DNA from: an uncultured Gammaproteobacteria bacterium | GTDB lineage: Bacteria > Patescibacteriota > Patescibacteriia > UBA9934 > CAZDDW01 | Assembly: GCA_965231015.1 (NCBI GenBank) | Contig: OZ246408.1 | Span: forward strand, 280,158 to 344,157 | DNA: 64,000 bases | Direction of reading: 5' to 3' | In this document: piece after piece, positions 38,945-47,155 of the stretch | Layout: every line of letters begins with the position of its first letter | How positions within the stretch are numbered: the stretch's first letter is position 1 | Translations under genes and position numbers: made by a program | The notes under the pieces: model-generated | Seen by the model: the letters and a program-made list of their open reading frames with translations, nothing else | What the model was told of the DNA's origin: nothing | Database searches by the model: none

Positions 38945-39289
38945 CTATAATGACCGTTGCCAGCCGCCAAGCATTTGGCCGATTTTCTGCAGCCGTTCTT
39001 CAAAGTCAAGATATTGTTTTTCGGTTATGATCTTGATTTCGAAAGCCAGACGAAATAGCACTTTAAGGAGGTTATTTTTCAGAATAGCCTGTTTGATCGG
39101 CGCGATTTTGAACTCGCGCTTGGCGTTTCCGGCTTCGATGATTGAGACGAGCATATTTAGCACGGTTTCCTCGATCTTGCTGCCCAAGGTGTATTTTTCA
39201 GCCTTAGGGAATTTGGCGCGGATGAGATGAAAATCCTTGAGCAGGTCGAACGCCAGCTGAAAGACTGGCGCTTCATTGATTGAATACAT
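38945..39289 (-). CDS. avd: Avd-like accessory variability determinant (four-helix-bundle / 23S rRNA IVS protein family)
   Basis: 114 aa, helical. FPKAEKYTLGSKIEETVLNMLVSIIEAGN ... GGWQRSL matches the family pattern (FPK.E.Y.L..Q..R...SI..NIAEG ... GGW). Its start codon abuts the RT start on the opposite strand (CAT|ATG). Confidence 0.6.
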   Translation of the reverse strand: MYSINEAPVFQLAFDLLKDFHLIRAKFPKAEKYTLGSKIEETVLNMLVSIIEAGNAKREFKIAPIKQAILKNNLLKVLFRLAFEIKIITEKQYLDFEERLQKIGQMLGGWQRSL

Positions 39290-40279
39290 ATGTTTGAACA
39301 GATTATTTCTTCAGAGAATATGTTTTCCGCTTGGCGCGAATTCCGCCGCGGCAAGAGGGGGCGAAGAGACGTTGCCGAGTTTGAGTGTAGCCTTGAAGAT
39401 AACATCTTTGCTTTGCGTGAAGATTTGGCGAGTGGTCGGTACAAGCACGGGCCGTATCAGCGGTTCCATATTTTTGATCCCAAGCACCGCATTATTCATA
39501 AAGCCAGTGTGCGCGATCGGCTGGTGCACCATGCAGTTTATCGAGTCCTGTATCCTATCTTTGAACAATCTTTCATTTACGACAGTTATTCCTGTAGGAT
39601 CGGTAAAGGTACACATGCAGCTGTGAGCAGACTTCAGACCTTTGTTCGTAAAGTAAGCAAGAACTACACTAGTCCGTGTTGGGCCTTGAAGTTCGATATC
39701 AAAAAGTTCTTTGATTCCGTTGATCATAATATTTTGCTCAATGTGCTTAAACAAAAAATCTCCTGCCCTAAGACAAACCGTCTGTTGGCGGAGATCGTGA
39801 ACAGTTACTTAAGTTCAAATTCCGTTGGGGGGGGGGCGATACTTAGAACCATTCGCGCGAAAGGTCTACCGATAGGAAACCTAACTTCTCAATTATTTGC
39901 CAATGTTTATTTAAATGCATTTGACCATTTTATCAAAGAAACAGTCAGAACCAAGTATTGTCTAAGATACACTGATGACGCTCTTATCATCCACCAAGAT
40001 CCCCAATACCTCAAACTCCTCATCCCCTTCATCCAACACTGGCTTTGGCAAGAGAGAAGATTATGCTTGCACCCAAATAAAACCTCTGTCCGAAAATTAT
40101 CTCAAGGTATTGATTTCTTAGGTTATGTCACTATGCCACACTATAGAGTATTAAGGACTAAAACAAAAAGACGGATGTTAAACATTATTTGTGAGGATAA
40201 TTTGGTGTCGTATGCTGGCCTTCTCAAGCATTGCTCGGGGCATGAATTGATCAAGACAATTTATGGTATAATATCGTAG
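39290..40279 (+). CDS. Diversity-generating-retroelement reverse transcriptase
   Basis: N-terminus MFEQIISSENMFSAWREFRRGKRGR. RT motifs FIYDSYSCRIGKGTHAA, LPIGNLTSQLFANVYLN (DGR-specific SQ variant), the catalytic RYTDDALI box and QGIDFLGY. Confidence 0.85.
   Translation: MFEQIISSENMFSAWREFRRGKRGRRDVAEFECSLEDNIFALREDLASGRYKHGPYQRFHIFDPKHRIIHKASVRDRLVHHAVYRVLYPIFEQSFIYDSYSCRIGKGTHAAVSRLQTFVRKVSKNYTSPCWALKFDIKKFFDSVDHNILLNVLKQKISCPKTNRLLAEIVNSYLSSNSVGGGAILRTIRAKGLPIGNLTSQLFANVYLNAFDHFIKETVRTKYCLRYTDDALIIHQDPQYLKLLIPFIQHWLWQERRLCLHPNKTSVRKLSQGIDFLGYVTMPHYRVLRTKTKRRMLNIICEDNLVSYAGLLKHCSGHELIKTIYGIIS
39827..39836 (+). repeat. G10 homopolymer inside the RT ORF (encodes VGGGA)
   Basis: ccgttGGGGGGGGGGcgat, counted directly. 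Confidence 0.6.
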
Positions 40280-40281
40280 TT

Positions 40282-41871
40282 ATGAATATGGAAAACGAAC
40301 GTCCAAAACCAGTTGTGCTTTGTGTGGTAGATGGTTTTGGAGTTGCTCCGCCAAGTGACGGTAATGCTATAACCCGGGCCAATGCTCCAAACCTTCTCCG
40401 TTTTGTTCAGCACTACCCGGTTTTGACTCTTCGAGCGTCCGGAGAAGAGGTTGGTTTAAGTTGGGGTGAAATGGGAAATTCAGAGGTTGGGCATCTGGCG
40501 ATTGGAGCAGGGCGAGTTTATTATCAAACACTTCCGCGAATAAATAAGGAAATCGAAACAGGGGCTTTTTTTGAAAATGAAAAGTTATTACATGCAATCG
40601 AGTATGCGAAAAATAGTGGTGGAGCCCTGCACTTAGTTGGTTTAGTCAGTGAAGGCGGGATTCACTCCATGGATAAACACTGTTATGCCTTGTTAGAGAT
40701 GGCCGCACAACACAAATTAAAAAATGTGTATGTCCACGCCATTCTTGATGGTCGAGATACTTTGTATAACGCGGGGGTTGATTTTATTTCGAATTTACAA
40801 GAAAAAATTAAGGAGCTTAAAGTCGGACAGATAGCAACATTAGCCGGACGGTATTGGGCTATGGATCGTGATAAGCGTTGGGACAGAACGGAAAAAGCTT
40901 ATCAGGCTATGGTTTATGGTGAGGCTGATGAAAAGTGTGAGGACCCGATCGAAGCCATTAAGGCATCTTACGAAAATGAGGTGTATGACGAACAACTGGT
41001 TCCCACTGTTATCACTCAAAAAGGTGAACCGGTTGCTACTGTCACGAATGGAGATGCGGTTATCTTTTTCAATTTTCGCCCAGACCGAGCTCGTCAATTG
41101 ACCAAGGCTTTTGTCCTCCCGACTTTTGATAAGTTTGAACGTGGGTACATGAAGGACTTGGAATTTGTGACCATGACCGAGTATGAATCCGGCTTACCGG
41201 TTGAGGTGGCCTATCCACCGGTGGTACTAAACAACACTTTGGCGGAAGTGGTTTCAGAAGCTGGTTTAACCCAATTGCATATTGCTGAAACAGAAAAGTA
41301 TGCCCACATAACCTTTTTTATGAACGGTACCCGAGAGGATCCTTTTCTTGGTGAGGAACGGGTAATTATTCCGTCGCCCAGGGTATCCAGTTATGATGAA
41401 ACACCGGCTATGAGCTCTAAAGAGTTGACTGATAGGGTAGTAAAAGAAATAAAGGCAGACAAGTTTGATCTTGTGATTATGAACTTTGCTAATCCGGACA
41501 TGGTTGGTCACACCGGAAATTTACAGGCGACTATTAATGCGGTTGAAGCAGTTGATGAACAAGTGGGTCGAATTGCCGAGGCGGTGCTAGCTAAAGACGG
41601 GGTAATGTTTATCACGGCTGACCACGGAAACGCAGAGGAGCTTTTGAATGTTTCAACCGGAGAAATGAGCAAGGAACACTCCACAAATCCAGTTCCGCTT
41701 TATGTTATTGGTCGGCAGTTTGAAGGCACGAGTTCGCCAGCCGGTGAGGTTCCAGGTGGGGATTTATCATTATTACCCCCGATAGGAATGTTGGCTGATA
41801 TTGCCCCGACCGTCCTTAAAGTTATGAACTTACCGCAACCAGAAGAAATGACGGGGCAACCGTTAATATAA
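40282..41871 (+). CDS. gpmI: 2,3-bisphosphoglycerate-independent phosphoglycerate mutase
   Basis: VVLCVVDGFG ... SEVGHL N-terminus, C-terminal metal-binding ADHGNAE. Confidence 0.9.
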   Translation: MNMENERPKPVVLCVVDGFGVAPPSDGNAITRANAPNLLRFVQHYPVLTLRASGEEVGLSWGEMGNSEVGHLAIGAGRVYYQTLPRINKEIETGAFFENEKLLHAIEYAKNSGGALHLVGLVSEGGIHSMDKHCYALLEMAAQHKLKNVYVHAILDGRDTLYNAGVDFISNLQEKIKELKVGQIATLAGRYWAMDRDKRWDRTEKAYQAMVYGEADEKCEDPIEAIKASYENEVYDEQLVPTVITQKGEPVATVTNGDAVIFFNFRPDRARQLTKAFVLPTFDKFERGYMKDLEFVTMTEYESGLPVEVAYPPVVLNNTLAEVVSEAGLTQLHIAETEKYAHITFFMNGTREDPFLGEERVIIPSPRVSSYDETPAMSSKELTDRVVKEIKADKFDLVIMNFANPDMVGHTGNLQATINAVEAVDEQVGRIAEAVLAKDGVMFITADHGNAEELLNVSTGEMSKEHSTNPVPLYVIGRQFEGTSSPAGEVPGGDLSLLPPIGMLADIAPTVLKVMNLPQPEEMTGQPLI

Positions 41872-41873
41872 AT

Positions 41874-42701
41874 ATGCCTGAATTACCAGAAGTTGAAACA
41901 ATTCGTCGCCAGCTTGATAAGGCCATCGTTAATAAAAAAATTAACGATGTTGTTGTCAGATGGGGGAAAAGACTTGAGCCGAGTAAGACAAAGTTTGTCA
42001 ATATGGCCCAGGGTCGAACGGTAAAATCTATCGAACGGCGCGGTAAGTTGCTTCGAATTAATCTCAGCGGCGGTTGGTCCATTTTTGTGCATTTAAAAAT
42101 GACCGGTAAGCTCATGATTAAGCCCAAAGGATCTGTTCCAACTAAACATACCCATGTCATTTTTGTGTTGAGCGGAAAGCATGATTTGCACTGGGAAGAC
42201 GTCAGGAAGTTTGGTTTTCTCAAGTTGCTCTCGAGTAAGGGGGCCGATGAATATGTTGAGTCTTGGCACTTTGGACCCGAGCCGCTTGATCCGAATTTTA
42301 CTTTTGACAAATTTAAAATGTGTCTCGCGGCTTATCCAAAGGCCAAAATTAAACCCAAGTTACTTGAACAAACTTGTATTGCCGGAATTGGAAATATTTA
42401 TGCTGTGGAGTCACTCTGGTCAGCCAAGATCCATCCTTTGGCTCGCATCAAAGATATTCCTGAAGCAAAACTTAAAAAATTATTTCAGGATTTAAAACGG
42501 ATTTTAAAAACTGCTATAGCCGATGGTGGTACTTCAGCTGACAATTATTTTGATGCTTTTGGCGGCGAAGGAAAATATGTACACAAATTAAAGGCCTACA
42601 AACAAGAAGGGAAACCGTGCAAACATTGTCAAACTAAACTAGTCAAAGAAAGGATTGGGGGTCGTGGAACTGTATTTTGCCCCAAGTGTCAAAAAGTATG
42701 A
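41874..42701 (+). CDS. mutM: Formamidopyrimidine-DNA glycosylase
   Basis: MPELPEVE N-terminus, helix-two-turn-helix region and C-terminal CxxC...CxxC zinc finger. Confidence 0.85.
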   Translation: MPELPEVETIRRQLDKAIVNKKINDVVVRWGKRLEPSKTKFVNMAQGRTVKSIERRGKLLRINLSGGWSIFVHLKMTGKLMIKPKGSVPTKHTHVIFVLSGKHDLHWEDVRKFGFLKLLSSKGADEYVESWHFGPEPLDPNFTFDKFKMCLAAYPKAKIKPKLLEQTCIAGIGNIYAVESLWSAKIHPLARIKDIPEAKLKKLFQDLKRILKTAIADGGTSADNYFDAFGGEGKYVHKLKAYKQEGKPCKHCQTKLVKERIGGRGTVFCPKCQKV

Positions 42702-43204
42702 ATGATAAAACCGTTGAAAAAGCATTTATAAAATTTGCTTCATCTGGTGTGTTAACCAGGGGGGTGAGTATTTTTGCCGCCCGGTTTTTACTTATCATTA
42801 TGGTAGTCCTGCTGCTGTGTTTTGTGGTTTTGCGGTCTGAAAATTGGTTTTGGCAGGCAGCTTTGGTTTTCGGTGTTTTACTTGTAACCTGGGGTATGAC
42901 CACCCTGATGCAATTTTTCTTTGCTCGACACCGACCTTTTGATGCTGGTTTTAAACCTTTGATCAAACCCTGGATCACCTCACCTTCATTCCCCTCAAAT
43001 CACAGTAGCATCTCTTTTGCGGCGGCTACCTATGGGACATTAATGGTTCCGGAATGGGGATTTTGGCTTTTCCCTCTGGCAACCGTAATTGCACTTTCAA
43101 GAATCGCGGTTGGCGTACATTATTTAAGCGATATTGTTGTTGGGGCTGGATTTGGGGTCACGGTTGCCATTGTTGTCAAAATCATGTTAAATCTAGGTAC
43201 ATGA
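42698..43204 (+). CDS. PAP2-family phosphatase (undecaprenyl-diphosphatase-like) membrane protein
   Basis: KxxxxxxRP, PSNH(S) and SRxxxxxHxxxD PAP2 motifs (RHRPF, PSNHSS, SRIAVGVHYLSD). Confidence 0.6.
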   Translation: MNDKTVEKAFIKFASSGVLTRGVSIFAARFLLIIMVVLLLCFVVLRSENWFWQAALVFGVLLVTWGMTTLMQFFFARHRPFDAGFKPLIKPWITSPSFPSNHSSISFAAATYGTLMVPEWGFWLFPLATVIALSRIAVGVHYLSDIVVGAGFGVTVAIVVKIMLNLGT

Positions 43205-44286
43205 AAGCAGTAATTTTAGCAGGTGGTGGAGGAACCAGACTTTGGCCAATTAGCCGAAAGCAAAGACCAAAGCAATTTTTTAGTTTGATTTCTAAAGAAC
43301 CGCTTGTTCGGGACACTTACCGTCGCCTTTTGCGGAAGTTTTCGAGCGAAGACATTTATTTTGCCGTGAGTCCCGATTTTGTGGAAATGCTCCGTGAGGC
43401 TTTCCCAGAAATTGAGGACGATCACATTATAGTTGAGCCGGCAAAACGTGATACTGGTCCGGCCATGGGATACGCTGCAGCTATTTTAGAGCTCACGGCT
43501 CCGGATGAACCTTTTGTTTTCATTCCTTCAGACCATTGGATCGGGGATGAAGAAAAGTTTCTAAGATCTTTTGATATAGCGGATGACTTGATTAAAAAGA
43601 CAGGCAAGATGTTAGATATTGCCATTGCACCTAACTTTCCTTCGACTGTAGTAGGATACACGAAAATTGGAGAATTAAATCAACAAACAGCCGACGGGAT
43701 TGAGGTTTTTGAGTTTGCCGGACATGTTGAAAAGCCGGACTATGAAACTGCCAAACAATTTTTAGAAGATGGTTCATATCTTTGGCACGCCAATTACTAC
43801 ATGTGGACGCCAAAGTTGTTTATGAATTCATTGGAAGATCATGCACCCAACATTGGTCGCGTTTTACGACATATTCAAACTCGATTGAAAGACGGGGACA
43901 AGGCTGGAGCCGCAGAGCTTTTTGAAGATATCCCGGCCATTTCCATTGACTATGCCATGACTGAAAAAATGGATCCGAAAAACGTATTGATCATAAAAGG
44001 AGATTTTGGCTGGAGTGATATTGGAGCTTGGGATACACTCCATGACCAACTCAAGGGTGAAGCGGATGAATCAGATAATGTAACCCGTGGGCAAGTGGTT
44101 AGTGTTGAATCAAAGAATAATTTGTTTTTTGCTTCAGACGGTAGAATGATTGGTGCGGTAGGAGTTTCTGATTTAGTGGTGGTAGATGAAGGAGATGCAG
44201 TTTTAGTTTGTCCACGGTGTGAAGCACAAAAAGTCAAAGAACTCTTAAGCGCTATTCGTAAAAGTGGCCGCGAAGATCTATTATGA
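43201..44286 (+). CDS. Mannose-1-phosphate guanylyltransferase-like NDP-sugar pyrophosphorylase
   Basis: MKAVILAGGGGTRLWP N-terminus. The upstream part of the track ORF (from 43054) overlaps the PAP2 gene and is rejected. Confidence 0.7.
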   Translation: MKAVILAGGGGTRLWPISRKQRPKQFFSLISKEPLVRDTYRRLLRKFSSEDIYFAVSPDFVEMLREAFPEIEDDHIIVEPAKRDTGPAMGYAAAILELTAPDEPFVFIPSDHWIGDEEKFLRSFDIADDLIKKTGKMLDIAIAPNFPSTVVGYTKIGELNQQTADGIEVFEFAGHVEKPDYETAKQFLEDGSYLWHANYYMWTPKLFMNSLEDHAPNIGRVLRHIQTRLKDGDKAGAAELFEDIPAISIDYAMTEKMDPKNVLIIKGDFGWSDIGAWDTLHDQLKGEADESDNVTRGQVVSVESKNNLFFASDGRMIGAVGVSDLVVVDEGDAVLVCPRCEAQKVKELLSAIRKSGREDLL

Positions 44287-45317
44287 AATTTATCAAACTA
44301 ACTTTATTGGCTGGCTTGTTGGCTTTCGTTGCCTATGTGGCCATTAGCTCGCAAGTGTATTGGCGAAGTTATGATTCGGAAACAGAACCAGTTTTGATCA
44401 ATGTAGAATCTGGATCTAGTCTCACCCAGGTAGCTCAAATATTAAAAGAGGCTGAGGTGATCGACAGTGTCTTTTTGTTTAAGGCCTACGCAAAGTGGCA
44501 AGGGTTGGATGCGTCCATTCAGGCCGGTGAATTTGTACTGTACCCGGGCATGAGTATTACCGGTGCTTTAGACAGTTTAACTCGAGCAGAGGATAAGGAG
44601 CGGTCTTTAACTTTTCTTGAGGGATGGAGTATGCGTGAAATGGGTTTCTATTTAGAAAATCAAGGAATAGAACAGGCCGAAGGGTTATGGGAGACAGTGG
44701 GATTTCCGGCTCAAGTGGCATCAGAAACCGAGTTCGTGGCTGGGTTACGTGATCAATATGATTTTTTGAAAAGCAAACCAACTAATGTGGGACTGGAAGG
44801 ATATCTTTTTCCTGACACCTATCGATTTTTTACTGATGCCACAGTTGATCAGATTGTTATGAAGATGTTAGCTAATTTTGATATTAAATTAACCGAAGAG
44901 TTGCGGACAGAAATTTACCAGCAGGGCAAGACTATTCATGAGGTTATTACCATGGCTTCGATTATAGAACGTGAAGTACGTGGAGAAGAGGACAGAAAGA
45001 TGGTTTCAGATATTTTTTGGAAGCGCTACGAGGTTGGGATGGCTCTGCAAGCTGATTCCACAGTGAATTATGTCACGGGAAAAGATACTCCGGCAATTAG
45101 TTTTGAGGATCGAGATATTGATGACCCATACAATACTTATCAATACCCAGGATTACCTCCTGGACCAATATCTAATCCAAGCCTTGAAGCGATCGAGGCT
45201 GCTGTTTATCCAACGGACAATGACTATTGGTATTTTTTAACAGACCCGGAAGGGACCGTTTATTATGCTTCAACAAATGATGAGCACGCCACTAATAAGG
45301 CGTTGTATCTTCGCTAG
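44283..45317 (+). CDS. mltG: Endolytic murein transglycosylase MltG (YceG family)
   Basis: N-terminal TM segment followed by a YceG-like domain (LTFLEGWSMREM ... YNTYQYPGLPPGPISNP). Confidence 0.8.
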   Translation: MKFIKLTLLAGLLAFVAYVAISSQVYWRSYDSETEPVLINVESGSSLTQVAQILKEAEVIDSVFLFKAYAKWQGLDASIQAGEFVLYPGMSITGALDSLTRAEDKERSLTFLEGWSMREMGFYLENQGIEQAEGLWETVGFPAQVASETEFVAGLRDQYDFLKSKPTNVGLEGYLFPDTYRFFTDATVDQIVMKMLANFDIKLTEELRTEIYQQGKTIHEVITMASIIEREVRGEEDRKMVSDIFWKRYEVGMALQADSTVNYVTGKDTPAISFEDRDIDDPYNTYQYPGLPPGPISNPSLEAIEAAVYPTDNDYWYFLTDPEGTVYYASTNDEHATNKALYLR

Positions 45318-46962
45318 CGCTTTGCTGGCACTACTAGTTTTACCAACTCAAGTTGCTCAAGCTCAAGATTATTCCTTTGATGATTTTCGAGTAGGGATTG
45401 TTGTTAACGAAGACGGATCCATGAACGTGACTGAGCAGATTCGGGTTCAATTTTGGGCGGAACGTCATGGAATTTTTAGAGAAATTCCTGTTAAATATGA
45501 CGGCCGGTTTGGTAGTCGCGTCAGCATTGACCTGGAGGTTATTTCGGTTACGGATGATACGGGTAAAGAATGGAATTATGAAACTTATAAAGAAGGGAAC
45601 AATCAGGTAATCAAAATAGGAGATGCTGATACGTTGATTTACGGAACTCAAGAATACAACATTAAGTATCGGGTTGATCGAGCCCTTCTTTTCTTTGATG
45701 ACCATGACGAGCTTTACTGGAACGTGACCGGGACAGATTGGGGTGTGACCATTCCGCGCTCCTCGGTTGCTATTCAGCTTCCGGAGAGTATAAAAAGTGG
45801 AGTTCAAGTTATTTGCTTTACTGGCAGTTATGGAGCAACTACAGAGGGGTGCGATAAAGCGGCCATTGGAAATCTGGTCACGGTAAGCGCAGAAGATAAT
45901 TTAACCGTGGCTGTTTCTTTTCCCAAAGGCCATGTTCAGGAACCGGCTGTTTGGGAAATTATTTTTTGGTTTTTAATTATGAATTGGATTATTTGTGTGC
46001 CGCTTGTGGTTGGCGCAGTTTTACTCTGGTATTGGTGGAAGCATGGACGTGATGAAAGTGGGCGCAAGACAATCATTCCAGAATATGATGCACCCAAAGA
46101 TTTAGGGCCAATGGAGATGGGGACCCTGGTTGATGGAAAGGTACACCCAAGAGATATCTCGTCGGGGGTGGTCAGTTTAGCTGTTAAGGGTTATCTCAAA
46201 ATCAAAGAAGAAGAAAAGAAGAAACTTGTTGGGAAGAAAACAGAATTCAGTTTTGAAAAGTTGAAACCGGCCGATGATAAGTTGAGTTCAATAGAAAAAG
46301 AATTGTTTTCAGGGATTTTTGGAAAAAAGGATCAAGTTGATCTTGATGATCTAAAAACATCTTTTTATAAGACCAAGAATGAAATCCAAAGACAGCTTTA
46401 CAAAGAGATGGCGACTAAGAAATATTTTGTCAAAAATCCAAATACAGTACGGACTACTTTTTTGGTGATTGGCTTGGTCTGTATTTTCGGTTCCTTTATG
46501 ACAGGAGTTTTTGGACTGCCATTTGTTGCTTCCATGATTTTGACAGGAGTGTTGTTCATTGGTTTTGGAGTAATCATGCCCAAGAAAACCAAGTCAGGAA
46601 CACTTGCATACGAGCACGCCAAAGGGTTTAAGATGTTTTTAGAAAAAGCTGAGCGGTATCGAATTCAGTGGCAGGAGCGTCAGAATATGTTTGAAGAGTA
46701 CTTACCTTACGCTATGGTTTTTGGAGTGGCAGATAAGTGGGTCAAGGCTTTCAGCGACAAGCTTTCACAGAGTCCTGATTGGTACGAAGGAAATGTTTCA
46801 ACGTTTAATGCCGCAACATTTGCTAGTTCACTAAACAGTTTCACAAACAATATGAACACCACTACCAGACCCCCAAGTTCAGGAGCGTCTGGCGGGTCAT
46901 CCGGATTTAGTGGTGGGTTTTCCGGTGGTGGATTTGGAGGTGGAGGAGGCGGATCTTGGTAA
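45265..46962 (+). CDS. DUF2207-like membrane protein with a Gly-rich C-terminal tail
   Basis: Signal/TM segment, extracytoplasmic domain, 3 TM segments, then C-terminal GFSGGFSGGGFGGGGGGSW. Confidence 0.6.
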   Translation: MLQQMMSTPLIRRCIFASALLALLVLPTQVAQAQDYSFDDFRVGIVVNEDGSMNVTEQIRVQFWAERHGIFREIPVKYDGRFGSRVSIDLEVISVTDDTGKEWNYETYKEGNNQVIKIGDADTLIYGTQEYNIKYRVDRALLFFDDHDELYWNVTGTDWGVTIPRSSVAIQLPESIKSGVQVICFTGSYGATTEGCDKAAIGNLVTVSAEDNLTVAVSFPKGHVQEPAVWEIIFWFLIMNWIICVPLVVGAVLLWYWWKHGRDESGRKTIIPEYDAPKDLGPMEMGTLVDGKVHPRDISSGVVSLAVKGYLKIKEEEKKKLVGKKTEFSFEKLKPADDKLSSIEKELFSGIFGKKDQVDLDDLKTSFYKTKNEIQRQLYKEMATKKYFVKNPNTVRTTFLVIGLVCIFGSFMTGVFGLPFVASMILTGVLFIGFGVIMPKKTKSGTLAYEHAKGFKMFLEKAERYRIQWQERQNMFEEYLPYAMVFGVADKWVKAFSDKLSQSPDWYEGNVSTFNAATFASSLNSFTNNMNTTTRPPSSGASGGSSGFSGGFSGGGFGGGGGGSW

Positions 46963-46986
46963 AGGGCGCTCGGAAATATAATATTG

Positions 46987-47022
46987 GCACCGTTCGGTCC
47001 GGACGGTGCTTTTGTTTTTTGA
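46987..47022 (+). terminator. Intrinsic terminator after the DUF2207 gene
   Basis: GCACCGT tcggtccgg ACGGTGC followed by TTTTGTTTTTT. Confidence 0.55.
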
Positions 47023-47155
47023 TGGTGTCAGACCTCACTCATACGTCGACCAAACAAGACCGAATTAGTTAATCAACGATTGATCTGGCAGTTTGGTCTC
47101 CGAATGTGCCTATAATATATTTCCTCGCTTGTGGGGATAGGTGAGGTGAGTTATA

